Both the position numbers and the translations under genes were made by a program. From NCBI RefSeq assembly GCF_002854065.1, contig NZ_CP024147.1: a stretch of DNA of 64,000 nucleotides. One strand, written 5' to 3'. Numbering within the stretch: position 1 is the first letter of the stretch; the number at the start of each line of letters is the position of its first letter. A model generated the notes under the pieces. It searched no databases. It worked only from the letters and a program-made list of their open reading frames with translations, and was not told the origin of the DNA. This document shows positions 55,179 to 64,000 of this stretch, in pieces. This stretch comes from Escherichia coli. Its GTDB lineage: Bacteria; Pseudomonadota; Gammaproteobacteria; Enterobacterales; Enterobacteriaceae.

Positions 55179-56012
55179 ATGGATAATGCTGTTGATCGCC
55201 ACGTTTTTTATATTTCTGATGGTACGGCAATAACTGCGGAGGTATTAGGACACGCAGTAATGTCACAATTTCCCGTCACTATCAGCAGCATCACGCTGCC
55301 GTTTGTCGAAAATGAGAGCCGTGCACGGGCAGTGAAGGATCAGATTGACGCAATTTATCACCAGACAGGCGTGCGCCCGCTGGTCTTCTACTCCATCGTG
55401 TTGCCGGAGATTCGCGCCATCATCTTGCAAAGTGAAGGTTTTTGCCAGGATATCGTTCAGGCGCTGGTTGCCCCGCTACAACAAGAGATGAAACTGGATC
55501 CAACGCCGATTGCTCATCGTACCCATGGCCTTAACCCTAATAATCTCAATAAATATGATGCGCGCATTGCGGCGATTGATTACACCCTCGCCCACGATGA
55601 CGGCATTTCGTTGCGCAATCTGGACCAGGCTCAGGTGATCCTGCTCGGTGTTTCTCGCTGTGGTAAAACCCCCACCAGTCTGTATCTGGCAATGCAGTTT
55701 GGTATCCGCGCGGCAAACTACCCCTTTATTGCCGACGATATGGATAATCTGGTGCTACCCGCGTCGCTCAAACCGCTTCAGCATAAATTGTTCGGCCTGA
55801 CTATCGACCCGGAACGTCTGGCGGCGATTCGCGAGGAACGTCGGGAGAACAGTCGCTATGCCTCGCTTCGTCAGTGCAGGATGGAAGTCGCGGAAGTGGA
55901 AGCCTTGTACCGTAAAAATCAGATCCCGTGGATTAACAGTACCAATTATTCGGTAGAAGAGATTGCCACCAAGATCCTCGATATCATGGGCCTTAGTCGC
56001 CGAATGTACTAG
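55179..56012 (+). CDS. ppsR: PEP synthase regulatory protein (bifunctional kinase/pyrophosphorylase)
   Basis: 277-aa ORF with P-loop-like [11 protein letters not shown]; divergent from ppsA. Confidence 0.9.
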
Positions 56013-56025
56013 AGAACTAGTGCAT
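56006..56025. promoter_or_regulatory. TrpR operator of aroH
   Basis: GTACTAGAGAACTAGTGCAT matches the Trp-repressor operator half-sites CTAG-N4-CTAG; overlaps the ppsR stop codon. Confidence 0.7.
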
Positions 56026-56168
56026 TAGCTTATTTTTTTGTTATCATGCTAACCACCCGGCGAGGTGTGACACACCTCGCACTTGAAATCAGCAGCGATT
56101 GGTTTATCGTGATGCGCATCACTTCCCGGCAGTCCTGCCGTAGAAGCAACAAATTTCTGAGACTTGTA

Positions 56169-57215
56169 ATGAACAGAACTGACGAACTCCGTACTGCGCG
56201 TATTGAGAGCCTGGTAACGCCCGCCGAACTCGCGCTACGGTATCCCGTAACGCCTGGAGTCGCCACCCATGTCACCGACTCCCGCCGCAGAATTGAAAAA
56301 ATACTGAATGGTGAAGATAAGCGACTGTTGGTCATTATTGGCCCCTGCTCGATCCACGATCTCACCGCTGCAATGGAGTACGCCACCCGTCTGCAGTCGC
56401 TGCGCAACCAGTACCAGTCACGGCTGGAAATCGTAATGCGCACCTATTTTGAAAAACCACGAACTGTTGTCGGCTGGAAAGGACTAATCTCCGATCCAGA
56501 TTTAAACGGCAGCTATCGGGTAAATCACGGTCTGGAGCTGGCGCGCAAATTACTTTTACAGGTAAATGAGCTGGGCGTCCCAACCGCGACCGAGTTCCTC
56601 GATATGGTGACCGGTCAGTTTATTGCTGATTTAATCAGTTGGGGCGCGATTGGCGCACGTACTACCGAAAGTCAGATCCACCGTGAAATGGCTTCGGCAC
56701 TCTCCTGTCCGGTAGGTTTTAAAAATGGTACCGATGGCAACACGCGGATTGCTGTGGATGCTATCCGCGCAGCCCGCGCCAGCCATATGTTCCTCTCGCC
56801 AGACAAAAATGGTCAGATGACCATCTATCAGACCAGCGGCAACCCGTATGGCCACATTATTATGCGTGGCGGCAAAAAACCGAATTATCATGCCGATGAT
56901 ATCGCCGCAGCCTGCGATACGCTGCACGAGTTTGATTTACCTGAACATCTGGTGGTGGATTTCAGCCACGGTAACTGCCAGAAGCAGCACCGTCGCCAGT
57001 TAGAAGTTTGTGAGGATATTTGTCAGCAAATTCGCAATGGCTCTACGGCGATTGCTGGAATTATGGCGGAAAGTTTCCTGCGCGAAGGAACGCAAAAAAT
57101 CGTCGGCAGTCAGCCGCTCACTTACGGTCAATCCATTACCGACCCGTGTCTGGGCTGGGAAGATACCGAACGCCTGGTCGAAAAACTCGCCTCTGCGGTA
57201 GATACCCGCTTCTGA
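56169..57215 (+). CDS. aroH: Tryptophan-sensitive DAHP synthase
   Basis: 348 aa from MNRTDELRTARIESLVTPAELALRYP...; the ORF-track start at 56046 runs through the operator region. Confidence 0.95.
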   Translation: MNRTDELRTARIESLVTPAELALRYPVTPGVATHVTDSRRRIEKILNGEDKRLLVIIGPCSIHDLTAAMEYATRLQSLRNQYQSRLEIVMRTYFEKPRTVVGWKGLISDPDLNGSYRVNHGLELARKLLLQVNELGVPTATEFLDMVTGQFIADLISWGAIGARTTESQIHREMASALSCPVGFKNGTDGNTRIAVDAIRAARASHMFLSPDKNGQMTIYQTSGNPYGHIIMRGGKKPNYHADDIAAACDTLHEFDLPEHLVVDFSHGNCQKQHRRQLEVCEDICQQIRNGSTAIAGIMAESFLREGTQKIVGSQPLTYGQSITDPCLGWEDTERLVEKLASAVDTRF

Positions 57216-57304
57216 ATGCGTGCCCATTCCTGACGGGATGGGCATTTCTGCGCAACTTGTTGTCTTCTCAACACATTACTGCTTGCTCTGGTCAGCCATA
57301 ATAT

Positions 57305-57323
57305 TGATAATAAGAATCATTGT
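57305..57323. promoter_or_regulatory. Fur-box-like site upstream of ydiE
   Basis: TGATAATAAGAATCATTGT resembles the Fur consensus; 24 bp upstream of the ydiE start. Confidence 0.5.
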
Positions 57324-57346
57324 TATATCAATTATTATTAATTTTT

Positions 57347-57538
57347 ATGCGTTATACGGATAGCAGAAAACTCACGCCTGAAACGGATGCCAATCACAAG
57401 ACCGCTTCCCCGCAGCCTATTCGGCGAATTTCCAGCCAGACACTGTTAGGTCCGGATGGCAAACTGATTATCGATCATGACGGGCAAGAATATCTGCTCC
57501 GTAAAACTCAGGCTGGCAAGCTGCTGTTGACCAAGTAG
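57347..57538 (+). CDS. ydiE: HemP-family small protein
   Basis: 63 aa from [28 protein letters not shown]...; the ORF-track start at 57320 lies inside the putative Fur box. Confidence 0.75.
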
Positions 57539-57541
57539 CCT

Positions 57542-59017
<1,476 letters not shown>

Positions 59018-59040
59018 TTAAACACCAGCAAACAGGAGGG

Positions 59041-59754
59041 TTATCGCTGAACCAACGTCGTTATCTGATTTATAGGAACGGCAGGCCACAGGCATCCCTG
59101 GAGAGCATGGAAATCGAAGGGGGTAATCTGTGCCAATATTTCTGCCGTATCAATGCCCCCCGCGATGATGCAATTGCAACAAGGGGAAATTTGCGCCTGG
59201 ATCGCACGAATAAACGGTTCGAAGGAGCGGTGCGTGATTTGTTGCTGAATAAAACTTTTATCCAGCATGACGCGGGTGAAAAGACCATCAAAAACCGCTT
59301 TCATTGTGCTATTGCCTGCTCCCAAATTACCTAACACAAGGGGATACACTTGCGATAAGGATAAAAGACCGCGATTATCTTTTCCTTCATTGAGATGCGG
59401 GTAATTCTCATTAATCAACAGTTCAATAAACGGATATTTTAATAGTTCGCCTGCGTAATTATCCCTGTCTAATAATAATGTAGCCACTTGTGGCGTTAAA
59501 TTAAGCCAGGCAAAGAGTTTATGTTGAATAAAAAAATGTTGGCATGATTTTAGTAATTCCAACTGCTCTGAAAATAATTGCCAATGTTGCTCCTCGGTAA
59601 GTTGCGCTATAACCCGACTCGTCGGGATACGCACCGTGCCATCTTCACTGGAGAAATGGGTAATTAACTCAACGCCGACAAGGACTTGCTGGTTATCTCT
59701 TATCGGCAGGAAATAGCAATCAGAATGATAAAGATTCTCCAAAAAAATCTTCAT
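59041..59754 (-). CDS. ydiV: Degenerate EAL-domain anti-FlhD4C2 factor
   Basis: 237-aa ORF; position between selO and nlpC. Confidence 0.8.
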   Translation of the reverse strand: MKIFLENLYHSDCYFLPIRDNQQVLVGVELITHFSSEDGTVRIPTSRVIAQLTEEQHWQLFSEQLELLKSCQHFFIQHKLFAWLNLTPQVATLLLDRDNYAGELLKYPFIELLINENYPHLNEGKDNRGLLSLSQVYPLVLGNLGAGNSTMKAVFDGLFTRVMLDKSFIQQQITHRSFEPFIRAIQAQISPCCNCIIAGGIDTAEILAQITPFDFHALQGCLWPAVPINQITTLVQR

Positions 59755-60000
59755 GGTAACCGTCCCTCTCGAAGGATGTTTTTCAGTATCCGGCTAAAAG
59801 GGATGAGGCCATAAGACATAACAATTACAGAAGGAGTAACTTTCATTTGTTCCATGTTAACCACTTTTTCAGGGGTCCTTTTTTTAGATTATCCTGATTA
59901 TAAACGAATAATCCATTTACGGAATTTTTGTCTGCAAAATACTACTGTATTCTGGAGTAAATGGACGGCGATGTATCATCGCCGTCCAATTTTCGACATA

Positions 60001-60465
60001 CTAGATTCGTCTCGCCTGCCAGAAATTTTTCTGCCAATAGACATTATCAAGTGAGGAACGCATCACTCCCTTGCTGGTAGAGGCGTGGATAAATTGGTTG
60101 TTGGTATCGTAAATACCTACATGCAAACCATTTTGTCCGGAACCCGTTTTGAAAAAGACCAGGTCACCAGGCAGCAACTCGTCTTTATCAATTTGCGTGC
60201 CGATAGAGGCTTGTTCTTTGGTTTCTCGGGGCAGCTGCAAATCGAAACGATCGCGCATCGTCACAACCACAAATCCCGAACAGTCCACACCGCGCCGCGT
60301 CATGCCACCATAACGATACGGCGTGCCATGCCAGCTTTGTAGCTGGTCGTTCAAACCGGCAATAACGGTAATCGAATCAGAAAGTCTGGCATTTGGCGGC
60401 GGTGCTTTATGGTGGCTACACCCGGCCAGAAACAGTGCTGTGATCAAAATAAGGCAGAAACGCAT
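60001..60465 (-). CDS. nlpC: NlpC/P60-family lipoprotein
   Basis: 154-aa ORF with lipobox LAGC and Cys-His peptidase motifs (VDCSGFVV ... LHVGIY). Confidence 0.9.
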   Translation of the reverse strand: MRFCLILITALFLAGCSHHKAPPPNARLSDSITVIAGLNDQLQSWHGTPYRYGGMTRRGVDCSGFVVVTMRDRFDLQLPRETKEQASIGTQIDKDELLPGDLVFFKTGSGQNGLHVGIYDTNNQFIHASTSKGVMRSSLDNVYWQKNFWQARRI

Positions 60466-60542
60466 TCCGTACGGTTCCTCTGTTTTTTATTCTTGCATTA
60501 ATTTAGCGTCGTAATTACCCGATTTTCAAGATACTAATGAAA

Positions 60543-61292
60543 TCAGATGGTCGAAATCAGCATTCTGTGACCTTCGATATCCAGACGGCGAAAATTCATC
60601 CCATAGGCCTGCGCCAGATTTGGCGGCGTGAGCACCTCTTCTCTGCGTCCACTGGCCAGCATTTTTCCACCTTTTAGCAACCACGCCCGATGCGCATGAC
60701 GCAATGTGTGGTTGAGATCGTGACTGCTCATCACAATCGCCAGTCCTTGCTGACACAGCGCGCTCAGAATTTTGTCTAACGCACTTTGTTGCGCAACATC
60801 AAGACTGTTCATCGGCTCATCAAGAAGCAGCAATTGGCCTGCGGGATTGGCTTGTGGTGTGATTTGCAGCACCACCGCAGCAAGACGTACGCGTTGCCAT
60901 TCACCGCCGGAAAGTTGATTGGTGCTACGTCCGAGTTTGTCATCAAGAGCCAGCGCCCCTGCGACATCATTCAGTAGTTCGGTACGCGTTTTATCGTGCT
61001 GATGCAGTGTCAGGTAGTGCCAGACCGGCATTGCAAACGGCGGCGTCTGCTGTTGTGAAAGATAGGCGCGATGCAGCGCGAGTTTTGTTGCGGACCATGC
61101 TTCCAGTGGTTGCCCCGCGAACTGAATGCTTCCCTTACCGCTGGTCATTCCGGCCATTCGCGCCAGTAAGGTACTCTTACCCGCGCCATTCGGCCCCACC
61201 AGGTGCAGGATCTCCCCAGCCCGAACCTCGCCAGAAAGCGGCCCCAGGCGGGTAGATTCCGCAACATCCTGTAACTGCATCACAATAGACAT
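60543..61292 (-). CDS. btuD: Vitamin B12 ABC importer ATPase
   Basis: 249-aa ORF with Walker [10 protein letters not shown] and LSGGEWQR signature. Confidence 0.93.
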
Positions 61293-61843
61293 TATTTTGC
61301 CAACGCCAGTTTAATGCTTTCCATCACAATGGGATCTTCCGGCGTCATATCCGGGGAAAAACGCTGGATGACCAATCCGTCCCTGCCAACTAAAAATTTC
61401 TCAAAATTCCATAAAATATCATCAGGGTACAGCGGTGCACGACCTTTGCTGACCATACGGGCATAGAATCCGCTCTCTTCCGGCGCGACTGCGGTCGGCG
61501 CTGCGGCAATCAATTTTTGATACAGCGGATGGCGTCCTTCGCCATTAACTTCAATCTTACTGAACATCGGGAACGTCACCCCCCATGTGGTGGTACAGTA
61601 AGTTTTAATCTCTTCATCGCTGCCCGGTTCTTGTTCCAGAAACTGGTTGCACGGGAATCCCAGCACCACAAAACCTCGATCGGCCCAGGCTTTCTGAATA
61701 TTCTCCAACTGCTCATATTGCGGCGTTAAGCCACACTTTGAGGCGACATTGACAATCAACAGCACATTACCGGCGTACTTCTCCAGCGTGGTCACTTCAC
61801 CGTCGATATCTTTCACTACGGTCGTCAGAATGGAATCTTGCAT
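61292..61843 (-). CDS. btuE: Glutathione-peroxidase homologue
   Basis: 183-aa ORF with GPx motifs ([17 protein letters not shown]); 1-nt overlap with btuD. Confidence 0.92.
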
Positions 61844-61905
61844 CGTTTCTCCTGGGTGTGGTCAGTAAAAATCTTAGCTTTTAATCATAGACCGTCTTTT
61901 TGCGG

Positions 61906-62886
61906 CTAACGTCCTGCTTTTAACAATAACCAGATAAACACCGGCGCACCCAACGTTGCGGTGACCACGCCAATAGGCAGCTCTGCGGCAGCTAATGCCA
62001 GGCGCGCTACAATATCGGCCAGCAGCAATGCGCTCGCCCCTGCCAGCGCGCAGCCGGGAAGTAATACGCGATGATCGGTTAAACCACACAACCGAATAAT
62101 ATGTGGGATCACCAGACCAATAAAGCCGATAGCACCCGCCAGCGCCACACTGACGCCAACCATCCAGCCGGTCGCTGCCACCAGCACATTGCGCCAGAAC
62201 CACAGGGGTAAACCCAGTTGCCGCGCCGAGATCTCGCCAAGTGCTAACATATTCATCGGCCTGGACTGACAACAGATCCACAACAACACGGGGATCAATG
62301 CCAGCATCAGCCAGCTTTGCCGCCAGTCTACGCCGCCAAAACCGCCCATCATCCAGTACATCAGCTGACGTAAATCAACGGAGGTGGAAAAGTAGATAGC
62401 CCACGTCATTAGTGCGCTACAGATAATCCCTAATGCAACGCCAGCCAGCAATAACCGACTGGTCGAAAGATGACGACGGGCGAAACGTAAGAGTATTAAA
62501 GTGATGATAAGCGCGCCAGCAATCGCACACAGCCCTAGCGCCCAGTTGGGGAGTTGCCCTTGCCCAAGCAATACCGCGGCGATAAGCCCCACGCCTGCGC
62601 CGTTAGAGACGCCAAGTAGTCCAGGTTCTGCCAGAGGATTTTCAAACAACGCCTGCATTACAGCGCCGGATATAGCCAGCGCCGCACCAACCAGCAATAC
62701 AGCCAGCGTACGTGGCAGGCGAATTTGCCAGACGAACAGTTCGCCACGAGGAGAAAACCAGTCACCTGGCGAAATCCATTGTTCACCGGCGCAAAGGCTT
62801 AAGAGAAGCGCCAGCAGCATCAAAACTGACAGGCATAATAACCAGCGAATATTTTGTCGCTGTTGTTGGCGGGCAAGTGTCAGCAT
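61906..62886 (-). CDS. btuC: Vitamin B12 ABC importer permease
   Basis: 326-aa polytopic ORF of the FecCD permease family. Confidence 0.92.
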   Translation of the reverse strand: MLTLARQQQRQNIRWLLCLSVLMLLALLLSLCAGEQWISPGDWFSPRGELFVWQIRLPRTLAVLLVGAALAISGAVMQALFENPLAEPGLLGVSNGAGVGLIAAVLLGQGQLPNWALGLCAIAGALIITLILLRFARRHLSTSRLLLAGVALGIICSALMTWAIYFSTSVDLRQLMYWMMGGFGGVDWRQSWLMLALIPVLLWICCQSRPMNMLALGEISARQLGLPLWFWRNVLVAATGWMVGVSVALAGAIGFIGLVIPHIIRLCGLTDHRVLLPGCALAGASALLLADIVARLALAAAELPIGVVTATLGAPVFIWLLLKAGR

Positions 62887-62945
62887 GGTATCCGTTCTGC
62901 TGAAGTGTCATGGCGTTGATTTTACGGTGACTCTTCGACAGTGAA

Positions 62946-62975
62946 AAGAAAAAAGGCCGCAGAGCGGCCTTTTTA
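62946..62975. terminator. Bidirectional intrinsic terminator downstream of ihfA
   Basis: Stem GGCCGC / GCGGCC flanked by an A-run upstream and T-run downstream. Confidence 0.6.
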
Positions 62976-62986
62976 GTTAGATCAGA

Positions 62987-63286
62987 TTACTCGTCTTTGG
63001 GCGAAGCGTTTTCGACCCGGCTTTTTAACTTCTGCCCGGGTCTGAAGGTCACCACGCGCCGTGCTGTAATGGGAATATCCTCGCCCGTTTTCGGGTTACG
63101 TCCCGGGCGTTGATTCTTATCACGCAGATCGAAGTTACCAAAACCAGAGAGTTTCACCTGTTCGCCGTTTTCCAGAGCGCGACGGATCTCTTCGAAAAAC
63201 AGTTCAACCAGTTCTTTGGCATCCCGCTTGCTAAGCCCAAGCTTATCAAACAGATATTCTGACATTTCAGCTTTTGTAAGCGCCAT
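62987..63286 (-). CDS. ihfA: Integration host factor alpha subunit
   Basis: 99-aa [55 protein letters not shown]... Confidence 0.97.
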
Positions 63287-63290
63287 AGGT

Positions 63291-64000
<710 letters not shown>

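Overview
This window reads as core Escherichia coli chromosome (gene order and protein lengths match what I recall of K-12), running from grxD to the 3' end of pheT. I do not see a previously undescribed system here: there is no CRISPR array, no integrase or prophage remnant, and no defence- or toxin-like cassette, and every long ORF that is not a recognisable gene is antisense to one. The clearest strain-specific features are two identical, same-orientation IS1 copies (768 bp each). One splits ydhY, the first gene of the ydhYVWXUT oxidoreductase operon; the other splits fadK, the last gene of the ydiQRST-fadK operon. Each has its own target-site duplication, so they are independent insertions, and together they bracket about 30.7 kb (fumD, pykF, lpp, ldtE, sufABCDSE, ydiH-N, ydiB-aroD, ydiFOP, ydiQRST). 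Other content: about 60 intact protein genes, including sodB, purR, cfa, ribC, mdtK, pykF, lpp, aroD, ppsA/ppsR, aroH, selO, btuCED and ihfA; a tandem tRNA-Val(GAC) pair; the sRNA rprA and a probable rydB; an ERIC repeat; and several operator-like sites (PurR, FNR, Fur, TrpR, Cra). All calls rest on reading the sequence and ORF translations plus recalled family knowledge; no database search was run.
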